Assembly (NCBI GenBank): GCA_044222475.1
Contig: JBGANF010000032.1
Location: 1-64,000 of the forward strand
Direction: 5' to 3'
DNA from: Polyangiaceae bacterium
GTDB lineage: Bacteria > Myxococcota_A > Polyangia > Polyangiales > Polyangiaceae
DNA length: 64,000 bases
Shown piece after piece: positions 1-9,652 of the stretch (positions are counted from its first letter, which is position 1; every line of letters begins with the position of its first letter). A program made the position numbers and the translations under genes. The notes beneath the pieces are model-generated. The model worked only from the letters and a program-made list of their open reading frames with translations. It did not search any database and was not told where the DNA came from.

Positions 1-29
1 AAACTCTCCGGCAAGAGCCGGAGAGCTTT
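1..29. terminator. GC-rich hairpin, possible terminator
   Basis: aaa-ctctccggc-aaga-gccggagag-cttt: 9-bp perfect stem with A/T flanks, downstream of the minus-strand genes; context is cut by the window edge. Confidence 0.4.
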
Positions 30-85
30 CTCGGGTGGGGGCCCGCCCCCAACGGCCCCGGTCACCAGAGTGACGTCCGGAGTAG

Positions 86-436
86 CTAGACGACCACGCC
101 CCACGCCAGATCGAGCTGCGACGTAGCGTCGACGCCTCCGCCGACGTCGCGGCAGCCGTGCGCCAAGAGGGCAGCGCACCGCGCCGCGCGGTCGACCTTG
201 GCGCCGCCGAAGACGCCGAGGAGCCCGCCGCCGCTTCCGGCCTCCGGGAGCAGTACCAAAAGGGTACCGCTCGGCGCGCGCTCGCCTTCGGCGAGGCCGC
301 GCGCGATCGTCGCGGCGTCGGCACCTGCCGGCCGGACGAGCCACCCTTCGCCCTCGGGCGAGAGGCGCGCGACGCCGAACGGCAGCGGCGAAGGCGCCGC
401 GCCGGGCGAGGCGAGGCGCAGCGTCTTCGGGATCAG
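86..436 (-). CDS. Hypothetical protein, not in the ORF track (probable CTG start; probable 1-bp frameshift near 99-101)
   Basis: Minus frame reads (L)[11 protein letters not shown]...GTLLVLLPEAG...RAARCAALLAHGCRDVGGGVDATSQLDLAW with GC-rich third positions. CTG 436-434 overlaps the upstream TGA and follows GGAGAG. One extra G at 99-101 gives WGVVV-TAG (86-88). Confidence 0.5.
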   Translation of the reverse strand: MIPKTLRLASPGAAPSPLPFGVARLSPEGEGWLVRPAGADAATIARGLAEGERAPSGTLLVLLPEAGSGGGLLGVFGGAKVDRAARCAALLAHGCRDVGGGVDATSQLDLAWGVVV

Positions 437-1728
437 ATCGACTCTCCCGCGTGATCGTCGGCCGACACCTTCGGCGGCTCCGGCGTCTCGCCTTCGACCT
501 TGATCTCGACCTTCACGACGCGCGTCTCGTCGGCCTCGCGGACGACGAAGCGCAGGCCGTTCTTGCGGAGCACGCTACCGACCTTCGGCACGGCGCCAGC
601 GAGGTGCAGGATGAGCCCGCCGAGAGACTCGTAGTCGCCGTCGATCACGATGTCGCGCTTGAGGTGGGTGGAGAGATCGCTGATCGCCACCGACGCGTCG
701 GCGAGCACTCGCCCGTCGGGGAGATCGTCGATCGGCGCTTCGGTGTCGTACTCGTCGCGGATGTCGCCGACGATCTCCTCGATGATGTCTTCGAGGGTGA
801 TCACGCCGGCGGTCCCGCCGAACTCGTCGGAGACGACGGCGAGGTGAAATCGCTTCGCCCGCATCTCGCGGAGGATCGACGCGACCTTCTGCGTCTCGGT
901 CACGAACAGGACCGGCGTCCGCAGGATGTCCTTCAAGAGGACGTTCTTCTTCGTCTGGACCTCGCGGAACAGATCCTTCGCGTAGAGGAGGCCGACGACT
1001 TGATCGAGGCTCTCCTTGTAGACCGGGTAGCGCGAGTGGCCGTCGGCGTTGACGAGGTCGACGACCTTCGAGATGTCCATCGCGACGTCGATCGCGCTGA
1101 CCTTGCGTCGCGGGATCATGACCTCGCCGGCGAGGCGGTCCTGGAAGTCGAGCGCGTTCTTGATGATCTCCGCCGGCTCGCGCTGGAGCGCGCCGCTGCG
1201 CTGACCCTGAGACACGATCCACTCGACCTCGGTCTCGGTGATGCGCGACTCGGAGCCGTCGCTCGAGACGCGCTTCGTGACGAACCGTCCGAGCGCCGCG
1301 AGCGGCGCGGCGAGCGGGATCGCCGCGATCTCGAGCGGGCGCAGGACCCGCAGCGCCATCCCGCCGACGGACTGAGGCCGCTGCCGGGCGATCGCTCCGA
1401 GGATCTCGGTCGCGGCTCCGTAGCTGATGGCGGTCGCTAGGACGGCGAGCACGGGCGCGAGCGGGGCCTCACCCATCGACCGAAACGAGCGGTCGAAGAG
1501 CGCCGCGGCCACGAGGGTGCCGATGACGCGGCAGACGAGCCACCTGGACAGGATGCGCGTCTGGGCGGCGCCGAAGCGGGCAAAGGGCGACCCCGCCGTG
1601 CTCGCCAGCGCTTGGATCTTGGAGTCTGGAAGCGCGTTCAGCGCCGCTTCTCCGGCCACGAACGCTGCCGCCGAGAAAGCCGCCACGAGGGCGCCCAACG
1701 CCGAGCCGAGAGTACCTGGACCTTCCAT
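433..1728 (-). CDS. HlyC/CorC family protein (DUF21 membrane domain, CBS pair, CorC_HlyC)
   Basis: N-terminal TM helices, [45 protein letters not shown]. Confidence 0.93.
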   Translation of the reverse strand: MEGPGTLGSALGALVAAFSAAAFVAGEAALNALPDSKIQALASTAGSPFARFGAAQTRILSRWLVCRVIGTLVAAALFDRSFRSMGEAPLAPVLAVLATAISYGAATEILGAIARQRPQSVGGMALRVLRPLEIAAIPLAAPLAALGRFVTKRVSSDGSESRITETEVEWIVSQGQRSGALQREPAEIIKNALDFQDRLAGEVMIPRRKVSAIDVAMDISKVVDLVNADGHSRYPVYKESLDQVVGLLYAKDLFREVQTKKNVLLKDILRTPVLFVTETQKVASILREMRAKRFHLAVVSDEFGGTAGVITLEDIIEEIVGDIRDEYDTEAPIDDLPDGRVLADASVAISDLSTHLKRDIVIDGDYESLGGLILHLAGAVPKVGSVLRKNGLRFVVREADETRVVKVEIKVEGETPEPPKVSADDHAGESI

Positions 1729-1862
1729 GTGTCGAGCGAAACCCGCCTGCCTTCCCCCTAGAATCCCCCCTAGGCGGTCGAATCAAGGTAGCGGACCCCC
1801 CCGGGCACGCGCAAGCCGACCGAAAATCCGCAACGTTCTCGTGGGCCCAGCCGAAGGGGGGC

Positions 1863-2435
1863 ATGCGTCTACCGCTCCTTCCGACCGCTTGGCGTTTGCC
1901 CCGTCTTTCGGCGCCGAAGCCGCGGGCGATGACGGGGGCCCACTCGCCGTTCCCGAAGGCTGACGTGCCGCCGCCTCCGGCTCCTCTGCCGCGGGCCGCC
2001 GACCCGCGCGACCACGGCCCAGCCAAGGAGAAGCGCGACGACGACGCTCGATCGGTCGACGACGCGCTCGACCCGCTCGCCCGCCACGCGGCCCAGCTCG
2101 CTCCGCCGGTCGCGCTCGGCGCGTTCGCCGCGCCGGCGGCAGCGTCGCCGGCGGCCGCGCCCCCGGCGCCCGTTTCGCTCGAAGAGCTGCTCCCTCAGCT
2201 CGTGCGCAAGCTCGCGCTCGCGGGGGACGGCAAGCGGGCGACGGTCCGCGTGGAGATCGGCGCTGGGGCGCTCGCCGGGGCGACCCTCGTGGTGTCGAAC
2301 GAGACGGGCGGCATTCGCGTCGATGTCGAAGCGCCCAGCCTGGCGAGCGCGGGGGACCGCGAAGCGTGGACGGCGCGCCTCCGGGGTCGGCTCGAAGCGA
2401 AGGGGCTCCGGGTCGACGCGATCCGGATCACGTGA
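1863..2435 (+). CDS. Hypothetical protein with FliK/SctP-like C-terminal domain
   Basis: Pro/Ala-rich N-terminus, then TVRVEIGAGALAGATLVVSNETGGIRVDV...LRGRLEAKGLRVDAIRI, resembling the hook/needle length-control domain. Confidence 0.5.
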   Translation: MRLPLLPTAWRLPRLSAPKPRAMTGAHSPFPKADVPPPPAPLPRAADPRDHGPAKEKRDDDARSVDDALDPLARHAAQLAPPVALGAFAAPAAASPAAAPPAPVSLEELLPQLVRKLALAGDGKRATVRVEIGAGALAGATLVVSNETGGIRVDVEAPSLASAGDREAWTARLRGRLEAKGLRVDAIRIT

Positions 2436-3459
2436 GGACGCGGAGCACGTTGGTACGAAGGATCTTCCCGATGACCTCGGGCTTCATCCCCGCCGCGAGC
2501 AGCGCGTCGGTGAGAGCGGGCAGCCCGCGCGGATCCGCGAGCTGCTTCGTCGGCACGATCATGCCGTCCCAGTCCGAGCCGAGGGCGGGGCAGTCTTCGC
2601 CGACGACGTCGACGATGTGCTGCAGGTGCTTCACGACCGGCTCGAGCCCGTCGCCACCCAGGAACCTCGGGCAGAAGATGACCCCGACCACGCCGCCGCG
2701 ATCGGCGACGGCGCGCAGCTGTTCGTCGTCGATGTTGCGCCAGTGCTCGAACGCACCGAGCACGCCGGTGTGGCTCACGATCGGCGGCTTGGTCGAGATC
2801 GCGCACGCGTCGAGGAAGCCGCGCTTGTTGATGTGCGCGAGATCGACGATGACGCCCTGTTCTTCGCAGCGGACGACGAGGTCGCGGCCCCAGGTCGTCA
2901 AACCGTCGTCCTTCTTGCCGCGGCCGTAGGCCGGGTACCCAGCCTCGTTCGCGCTGAAGTGGAGGAGACCGAGGTATCGCACCCCGCGTCGCGCGAACGC
3001 GTCGAGTCGACCGAGGTCGCCTTCGAGGGCGTGCGCGCCTTCGATCCCGAGCAGCGCGCTGACGACGCCTTCGCGCTCGGCGGCCTCGATGTCGGCCTTC
3101 GTCTTGACGAGGCGGAGCTCTCGCGTTCGCGCGAGCGTCTCCTCGAGCTCGTCGATCTGCTCGTCGATCGCGCGACCGTTCCCGCGCGCCTTGCCCATGA
3201 CCGGGAGCGACACGAGCCCGAAGAACTGCGCGCCCATGCCGCCCTCGCGCATGCGCGGGACGTCGACGTGGCCGCCGAACGCCGCCTTGTAGAAGGGCGG
3301 CTCGTGGCGGGCGAGCAGGTCGTACCCGAGCCAGCGCGACCACATGAGCGTGTCGGCGTGGAGATCGATCGCCGGGTATTCCGCGTGGATCGCGAACGCT
3401 TCGTCCGACGCTCGGGGCCGAGGCTTCACCACCCCTTCGGGTACCACGGAGCGCGGCAC
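2428..3459 (-). CDS. Membrane dipeptidase (peptidase M19)
   Basis: IDLHAD, LLGIEGAH, IVDLAH, IVSHTG, RNIDDEQ and LGSDWDG motifs; exact start uncertain. Confidence 0.92.
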   Translation of the reverse strand: MPRSVVPEGVVKPRPRASDEAFAIHAEYPAIDLHADTLMWSRWLGYDLLARHEPPFYKAAFGGHVDVPRMREGGMGAQFFGLVSLPVMGKARGNGRAIDEQIDELEETLARTRELRLVKTKADIEAAEREGVVSALLGIEGAHALEGDLGRLDAFARRGVRYLGLLHFSANEAGYPAYGRGKKDDGLTTWGRDLVVRCEEQGVIVDLAHINKRGFLDACAISTKPPIVSHTGVLGAFEHWRNIDDEQLRAVADRGGVVGVIFCPRFLGGDGLEPVVKHLQHIVDVVGEDCPALGSDWDGMIVPTKQLADPRGLPALTDALLAAGMKPEVIGKILRTNVLRVLT

Positions 3460-3493
3460 CGAGCGAGCATACGCGTGCTACGTTGCGCGAGCC

Positions 3494-4234
3494 ATGGTCA
3501 AAGGTTCGCGCGACCGGTCACGGGCCGCAGTGCTCCTGGTGGGAATCGGCGGGCTCGGCTGCCCAGCGGCGATGGTCCTCGCGCGCGCGGGGGTCGGGCG
3601 GATTCGCGTCGTCGACGACGACGTCGTCGAGCGAACGAACCTCCACCGGCAGATCCTCTTCGACGAAGCGGCCGTCGGACGACCGAAGGCCGCGAGCGCC
3701 GCGCTGGCGCTCGCTCGAATCGCACCGGAGTGCGCGATCGAGCCGATCGACGGGCGCTTCGTCCCGGAGACCGCGGTCGAGCTCCTCGCTGGCATCGACG
3801 TCGTCGTCGAGGGGAGCGACAACTTCGCGACGAAGTTCCTCGTCGCCGATGCGTGCGCGCTCGCGCGGGTGCCGGTGGTGCACGCGGCGGCGGTCCGGAC
3901 GTACGGCACCGCCTTCGCCGTCGGTCCCGAAGGGCGCCCCTGCTATCGGTGCCTGTTCGAGGACATCCCGCACGAGCACGCGCCCAACTGCGCCGAGGCC
4001 GGCGTCCTCGGCCCCGTCGTCGGTGTCGTCGGAGCGCTCCAGGCCGATCTCGCGCTCGCGGTGATCGACGGAATGGCGCCGTTCGGGAGCTTCGTCGCAT
4101 ACGACGGCCTCCGAGACACCGTCCGCAGGCACCGCGTGCCGGTGCGCCCGTCGTGTACGCTATGTAGCGGTGACCACGGGGAAATTCGAACGCTGGACCC
4201 GGCGCGCTACATGCCCCAAGATTCGTGCGTTTGA
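3494..4234 (+). CDS. ThiF/MoeB/HesA family adenylyltransferase (E1-like), lacking the N-terminal RYxRQ helix
   Basis: LVGIGGLG, DDDVVERTNLHRQ, GSDNF, PCYRC and SCTLC Zn ligands, NCAEAGVLG cysteine; ATG 3494 chosen because earlier starts overlap the opposite-strand gene. Confidence 0.9.
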   Translation: MVKGSRDRSRAAVLLVGIGGLGCPAAMVLARAGVGRIRVVDDDVVERTNLHRQILFDEAAVGRPKAASAALALARIAPECAIEPIDGRFVPETAVELLAGIDVVVEGSDNFATKFLVADACALARVPVVHAAAVRTYGTAFAVGPEGRPCYRCLFEDIPHEHAPNCAEAGVLGPVVGVVGALQADLALAVIDGMAPFGSFVAYDGLRDTVRRHRVPVRPSCTLCSGDHGEIRTLDPARYMPQDSCV

Positions 4235-4587
4235 TGGATCGTCACCACCGGCAGATGCGCCTTCCGATCGTCGGCAAGAGCGGGCAACGCGCGATCGCCG
4301 AGGCGTCGCTCGTCGTGCCGGTGGCTGGCGTCGAGGGCGAGATCATGGCGCGCTACCTCGCGGGTGCCGGCGTGACGAAGCTGCGCACCGTCGACGAGGC
4401 CGCCGCAGTCGCGGCGCGCGCGATCGACGCGAAGGTCGAGGCGTCGGCCGGTGCACCGATCGCGACCGAGCCGATGACGGACCTCGACGACCTCGACCCC
4501 GCGGCGCGCGACGTGGCGCGCGGAGCACGCGCTGCCGTCAGGGCGCTCGTCGGCGTGCTCGGTGATGCGCGCCGGGGCGCCGAGTGA
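4234..4587 (+). CDS. Small degenerate ThiF-like protein (N-terminal module only)
   Basis: MDRHHRQMRLPIVGKSGQRAI...ARYLAGAGVTKLRTVD parallels the MoeB N-terminus; GxGxxG is degenerate; TGATG overlap with the previous gene. Confidence 0.75.
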   Translation: MDRHHRQMRLPIVGKSGQRAIAEASLVVPVAGVEGEIMARYLAGAGVTKLRTVDEAAAVAARAIDAKVEASAGAPIATEPMTDLDDLDPAARDVARGARAAVRALVGVLGDARRGAE

Positions 4588-5855
4588 CGATGGCCAAGCG
4601 CACCGTCTTCGTGGCGACCCTCGCGGTGGGGGTTGCGCTCGCGCCTGCCGCGCACGCCGAGATCGTCGAGCTCGCGAGCCGGGTCGCGCAGGACTACACG
4701 ATCGAAGGCGCGATCGTGACGCGCATGCCGACGCGCTTCCTCTACGAAGAGGAGGTCACCGTCATCCCGCTCGCGCCGCCCGACTCGGCGAAGTGCGTGA
4801 CCGTCGCGCTGATCGCCGCGCGCGGGCTCTCGTTTCACGCCGGCTTCGACGACGCCGGAGCCGACGACACCGACCAGACGCAGAGCGTCGCCGGCACGCT
4901 CGAGATGACGACGTGCGGCACGCTCCCGACGCGGCTTCGCCTCGAGAGCGACGCCGGCCGCGGTGCCGTCGAGCTGGTGGTCGCGTACTCCAAGGCTCCG
5001 CTCGCACCTCTGCGCCAGCGCTTGCCCGAGCGGCTCGGGGGGATGCTTCCGCCGATGCTCGATCCCGGCGCGCCGCCGCCGCTTCCTTCGACGCAGGTCC
5101 GGGCCGAGGCCGCCGAGGCTCGCGTCCGCGCCGCCGGAGCAGTCGTCGACCCGCGGGCGACCCTCCGCGCCGCGCCCGACTCGAGCGGCGCCGTTCGCGT
5201 CGAGCTCGCGCCTGGGTGTCACGAGGTCCACCTCTTCGCGGAGGAGGGCCGCGGCGGAAGCCGCGGCCGCACACGCGTCGATCTCGACGCCGAGCTCCAC
5301 GACGATCGCCGCGACGAAACCATCGCTCGTGACAGCGGTGACGCACCGGATGCGTCGCTCGAGGCGTGCGTCGGGGCGCCGACGATCGCGACGCTTCATT
5401 TCGATGGCGCCATTCCGGGAACCGACGTGCTCGTGGTGCACGCGCTGCACCGGATCCCCGAGGCAGTGCCGACCCTTTGGGGACCCGAAGGGCGCGCACG
5501 GATGGCTGGGGCGCTGCGGTCGCGAGCGGTGCGTCTGCCCCCGAGCACTCGCGCGGCCAAGCTGACGAGCGGGACGACCGGTACCACTTTGGTACCACTC
5601 GTCGTCGAGCCGGGCGGCTGCTACGTCGCCGTCGTCGCCGGACGCGAAGGCGCGGTGCGGACGCTGTCGGTTCGCGCGGCGGTCGGTGAGCGCGAGAGCC
5701 TCGACGACCACGGCGCGATCGCCGGCGGAACCGCGGTGGCGTTCTGCGCCGGGAGCGCGGACCGCGCGCGCCTGACCGTCGATTTTCGCGGCAACGTCGC
5801 CGGCTGGGGCCTCGCGCTCTACCGCGTGGCGAGCGGCGTCTGGGAGGCCCCGTGA
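4584..5855 (+). CDS. Secreted hypothetical protein with repeated Cys-containing beta-sandwich (PPC-like) domains
   Basis: Signal peptide ending AHA; repeats such as CVTVALIA, CHEVHLFA...DLDAELHD, CYVAVVA; GTGA overlap. Confidence 0.7.
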   Translation: MTMAKRTVFVATLAVGVALAPAAHAEIVELASRVAQDYTIEGAIVTRMPTRFLYEEEVTVIPLAPPDSAKCVTVALIAARGLSFHAGFDDAGADDTDQTQSVAGTLEMTTCGTLPTRLRLESDAGRGAVELVVAYSKAPLAPLRQRLPERLGGMLPPMLDPGAPPPLPSTQVRAEAAEARVRAAGAVVDPRATLRAAPDSSGAVRVELAPGCHEVHLFAEEGRGGSRGRTRVDLDAELHDDRRDETIARDSGDAPDASLEACVGAPTIATLHFDGAIPGTDVLVVHALHRIPEAVPTLWGPEGRARMAGALRSRAVRLPPSTRAAKLTSGTTGTTLVPLVVEPGGCYVAVVAGREGAVRTLSVRAAVGERESLDDHGAIAGGTAVAFCAGSADRARLTVDFRGNVAGWGLALYRVASGVWEAP

Positions 5856-7531
5856 AGCTGCGGCTCTCGTTGGCGCTCGTCGCGAGCCTCGCGCTCGCTG
5901 CGTGCGGGCACCCGAACCCCGCGGGGAACGTGGTCGTGGCGCCGCCAGCGCCCAAGGTGATCACCGGAGACCTCGACGGGACGGTGCTCCTCGGCGATCT
6001 TCCGAAGCTCACCGCGAAGGCCGGGGGAGGAACGACGACCATCGTGGCGACCGGGCTCCTCGCCGAGGGCGAGCGCCTGGGCGCGTTCGTCGAGATCCCG
6101 GCCGACCTGTGTCTGCTCGCGTACGCGCGTGCGTCGACGTCGATCGACGACATCGACGTCGTCCTGTTCGCCGAGGAGGGCAACCCCATCGCGTCCGACG
6201 AAGGCCCCGACCCGAAGCCGACGGTGATGATCTGCCCGCCGCACCCGGCGCGCGTCTACCTCGCCGCGCACGGCGCCGGAGGCGAGGGGCTCGTCGCGAT
6301 CGCGGCGCAGCTCGTGCCTCCGGCTCGCGCGGCCGACGTGGCGAAGGCGGCGGGTGCGCGGGGCGGTCCCGGGGAGGGGCCGCGCCCGGCCGACGGTTGG
6401 CCGGGCCTCGACGAGAAGCTCCGCGCCCACCGCGTCGCGCTCGGCGGTACCTGGGAGGACGTGCGGCGCGTCGCGCTGCCAATCGACGCGCGCGCGCCGA
6501 GCACCGTCGCGATCAGCGCCGCCGCCGGGCAGTGCCTCGACGTGATGATGGTCCCCGACGACAACGTCGCGGGCATCGACATGACGATCTACGACGGCGA
6601 TGGGCGAGAGATCGCTCGCGCGCGCGACGGCGGACGAGAGCGCTCTCTGGTCCTTTGCACCGGCTACGCGTTCGAAGGAAACGTCGAGCTCCGCCCCCAC
6701 GTCGGCGATGGGCTCGCCGCGGTGGTCGTCGGCCGCACGTCACGGGCAGCGGCACCCGATCTCCAGACCCGCGTCGAGACCGTGTGGTACGGCACGGAGG
6801 AGTCGGTCGAGAAGGCGCGCGCGACGCTCGATTCGGCGATGACCAAGAGCGGCTACGGCGCGCCATCGGTGCTCGGGTCGGGCTCGCTCACGGTCGGTCG
6901 CCGGGCGACCGTCACCGGTGACGTCGCAGCGGATGGCTGCGCGCGGATCGACGTGGTCGCCGGTGCGCCGCTCGCGCTCGTCGCCGCGCGCGCGCGCGAC
7001 GACAAGGGAGCCTTGCGCGGAGGCGGCGAGGGCGCCGCCGGCGCGACGCTGTTCTCCTGCGGTACCAAACAGGTACACGTCGAGATCGACGCGAAGGGGC
7101 GAGGCGGACCCTTCGTCGTGCTCGCCCGTCCAGAGAAGATCAAGAACGACGCGTTTGCGAAGAAGCCGCTCGCATCGTCGCGCATGCTCGCGCGCACGGT
7201 GCCGTATCCCGGCGCGGCCGCAGTGGGGACCATCGGCGACGTGCGCACGTTCACCGTCGACGGCGCACGGGTGGAGCGCTTCGAGGCGCAGCTCCCGCCG
7301 CAGACCTGCGCGACGTTCGCGGCCGGCGTCGAGGGCGAGGGGACCGGCATCAGCGCGTCGATCGCGGACGTCGTCAGCGGCGAGGAGCTCGATCGCGCGG
7401 CGGGGGTGACGTCGGTGCAGGCGCGAGCGTGTGCGAACGGGGTGGCTCGTCGGGTGAGGGTCGAAATCGGCGCGACATCGGGCAAGCTCGACGTCGTCGT
7501 GGCCGAGCTGCGCGGACCGGCCGGGCCCTGA
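5852..7531 (+). CDS. Lipoprotein with about four repeated PPC-like domains
   Basis: Lipobox LAAC; repeats CLLAYAR...DIDVVLF, CLDVMMV...IDMTIYDGDG, CARIDVV, CATFAAG; GTGA overlap. Confidence 0.72.
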   Translation: MKLRLSLALVASLALAACGHPNPAGNVVVAPPAPKVITGDLDGTVLLGDLPKLTAKAGGGTTTIVATGLLAEGERLGAFVEIPADLCLLAYARASTSIDDIDVVLFAEEGNPIASDEGPDPKPTVMICPPHPARVYLAAHGAGGEGLVAIAAQLVPPARAADVAKAAGARGGPGEGPRPADGWPGLDEKLRAHRVALGGTWEDVRRVALPIDARAPSTVAISAAAGQCLDVMMVPDDNVAGIDMTIYDGDGREIARARDGGRERSLVLCTGYAFEGNVELRPHVGDGLAAVVVGRTSRAAAPDLQTRVETVWYGTEESVEKARATLDSAMTKSGYGAPSVLGSGSLTVGRRATVTGDVAADGCARIDVVAGAPLALVAARARDDKGALRGGGEGAAGATLFSCGTKQVHVEIDAKGRGGPFVVLARPEKIKNDAFAKKPLASSRMLARTVPYPGAAAVGTIGDVRTFTVDGARVERFEAQLPPQTCATFAAGVEGEGTGISASIADVVSGEELDRAAGVTSVQARACANGVARRVRVEIGATSGKLDVVVAELRGPAGP

Positions 7532-7544
7532 AGTTCGAGTTCGG

Positions 7545-8708
7545 TCAGCGCAGTCGGGCGAGCGCCGCGTCGGCCCTGGCCGCATCGGCCGTCGAGACGC
7601 AGAGCTTCGGTCCGCGCTGCGGGAGAAAGAACACCCGGCACTTGCCCCGCGCTCCGGGCGCGATGCTCGCGAGCAGAAGCTCGAGCCCGATTCCACCTGC
7701 GACCACGAGGAGCCCCGTACCAAGAAGGGACGGCGACGCGGAGCGCACGCCGTCGACCAGCGCCCCGACCCCGACGTAGCTCCCGATCGCCAGCATGAAC
7801 AACCCGAGGTACACGCCGAGGCTCGGGAAACGCACCTCGCGGACTGCGCGGGCGAGCGCGGTCTTCTCGATGCGGATCTCGCGCTCTCGCAGCGTTCGCC
7901 CCAGGAGCTCGGTGTGCGTCTTCACGCGGATGCCGCGCTCGGAGATCCACAGCTCGGCTGGGCGCTTGTACGACAGCGCGAGACGCCCGAAGAGCCGGGC
8001 CAGAGAGACCACGAGCAGGATCCCACTGATCGCCAAGAAGAACGTCGCGATGATCGACCGCGGCGCCGCGGTGAGCTCGCCTTCGATCCGAGTCTCCTCG
8101 GCCTTGGCGCCCGGCTCCTCGAGGATGCGCGCGAGGAGCGGGTCTTGGGGGGTGCACGCCGCGCGAGCGACCTGGGCGGCCTTCGACGTCGCTCCGGCGA
8201 GGACTGCGCATGCGACCGCCGCTTCTCCGCGCGACGCGCCCGGGAGGCGACCGCCGTCGAATCGGCGGATCCGCTCGGCGATCGCTCGCCAGACCTCGCC
8301 CGCGCGATCCCCGAACGCGCGATCGATGAGCATGGTGCCGTCGAACGCGGTCGTCGTTGCGAGCCACACCAGCCGGGCGGCAACCTTGTCCGCTTCGTCG
8401 CTGCCCTCCGACAACGCGAACGCGGCGAGCGCTGAGGCGAGCGCGCGCTCCTCGTCGTCTTCCGGGCCGCGGCGAAGAACAGCGATCGCGGCGGCGTGCG
8501 GAGCGGCGGAGTCCTCCGCGAGCGGGCTCTGCGAGACGGTCCGCTCGGCGCGCTCGGCGTCGAAGGCGTGGGCGTGCTCGTCGACGATGGGCGTCAGCAC
8601 CGATTTCGCGAGTGCGCGCAGGTCGGACGCGCCGTCGAGCGCCGAGAGCTCGTCGAACGCGCGGAGCTCTTTCCGCTCCGGTCGCTTGCTTTCCTTCGTC
8701 TCGGCCAT
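7545..8708 (-). CDS. Hypothetical membrane protein
   Basis: 387-aa ORF with a helical N-terminus and three C-terminal TM segments around a small soluble domain; typical codon bias. Confidence 0.75.
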   Translation of the reverse strand: MAETKESKRPERKELRAFDELSALDGASDLRALAKSVLTPIVDEHAHAFDAERAERTVSQSPLAEDSAAPHAAAIAVLRRGPEDDEERALASALAAFALSEGSDEADKVAARLVWLATTTAFDGTMLIDRAFGDRAGEVWRAIAERIRRFDGGRLPGASRGEAAVACAVLAGATSKAAQVARAACTPQDPLLARILEEPGAKAEETRIEGELTAAPRSIIATFFLAISGILLVVSLARLFGRLALSYKRPAELWISERGIRVKTHTELLGRTLREREIRIEKTALARAVREVRFPSLGVYLGLFMLAIGSYVGVGALVDGVRSASPSLLGTGLLVVAGGIGLELLLASIAPGARGKCRVFFLPQRGPKLCVSTADAARADAALARLR

Positions 8709-8848
8709 CGGCGCTGTGTCTCGTCTACTAGAACGCCGCCGAAAGCTCCATTATTGCGCGCTGGAAAAAGGCGCCAAAACTTGGCCCTCGGTCGCGGCGT
8801 CCGATAGCGGTGATTTTCGACCCAAGATCGGGAGCGAGGGAGACGACG

Positions 8849-9106
8849 ATGATGCCCAAGGGAGAACTTCTGGCCGCGCTTCGAGGGATGCTCCGCGACG
8901 TGCTGGTCGCCAAGGAGGCCGGACACGCTCAGGTTCGCCTCGCGCGCGCTCACGGATACGTCGACGGATTCATGAAGGCGCTCCTCGACTCTGGCCTGGC
9001 GACCAAGGCCGAGCTCCTCGAGCTCGTGGCGAGCGAGCGCGAGCGAATCTCGGGCCCCGCGCTTCGGACGCTGCCGGATCTCGATCCCGAGATCGAAGCG
9101 GCCTGA
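8849..9106 (+). CDS. Small helical hypothetical protein
   Basis: GGAG RBS then ATGATG; LARAHGYVDGFMKALLDSGLATKAELL; good codon bias. Confidence 0.7.
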   Translation: MMPKGELLAALRGMLRDVLVAKEAGHAQVRLARAHGYVDGFMKALLDSGLATKAELLELVASERERISGPALRTLPDLDPEIEAA

Positions 9107-9115
9107 ACCGAAGCG

Positions 9116-9652
9116 TCAGGTCGTCACGTACTGTCGTAGGAGCCGGTCGACCGTGGCGTCTTCGGCGACGGTCTCGATCGGGTACGGAGGTTCCGTGAGG
9201 TCTCCGAACGTCCCGCGCAGGCCGTCGACGTAGAGGAGGAAACGCGTGCGCTTCACGGGAAGCGGCTCGCTGAAGTCGATGAACGTGAGCGTCGAATCGA
9301 CGAAGCTGCGATACACGCCCCGATCGACGAGATGGCGAACCTTCTCGAATGCGGTGTACCCGGCGGGCGTGATCGTGACGACGACCCGGCGGCGGTCGCC
9401 GTCGCTGCGACGGCGTGCGACGAACCCACGCTTCTCCAAGCGGCGAAGCATGACGGCGACGGTGGCGCGGGACACGCCGAGGCGGGCGCGAAGGTCGCGT
9501 TGATAGACGACGCCATGTTGGCGGAGCGTTGCGCGATGGCACACGAAGAGGTCCATCCGAGCGGCGGTGAAGTTCCACCGCGCTAGATGGCGATTGGCGT
9601 GGGTGGTGTACGAGAGGTGTGCGCGCTTGTTGCAGAACAGGAGCCGGTCCAT
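9116..9652 (-). CDS. MarR family transcriptional regulator
   Basis: QRDLRARLGVSRATVAVMLRRLEKRGFVARRRSDGDRRRVVVTITPAG winged HTH. Confidence 0.82.
   Translation of the reverse strand: MDRLLFCNKRAHLSYTTHANRHLARWNFTAARMDLFVCHRATLRQHGVVYQRDLRARLGVSRATVAVMLRRLEKRGFVARRRSDGDRRRVVVTITPAGYTAFEKVRHLVDRGVYRSFVDSTLTFIDFSEPLPVKRTRFLLYVDGLRGTFGDLTEPPYPIETVAEDATVDRLLRQYVTT

Noticed and set aside
1..90. Riboswitch or ncRNA at the window start
   Set aside because: Hairpins are present, but no glycine, c-di-AMP, RNase P or tmRNA consensus could be matched, and the context is truncated.
3344..3493. Longer N-terminus for the ThiF gene that would supply the Arg finger
   Set aside because: It overlaps the opposite-strand dipeptidase gene and contains no RYxRQ-like motif.
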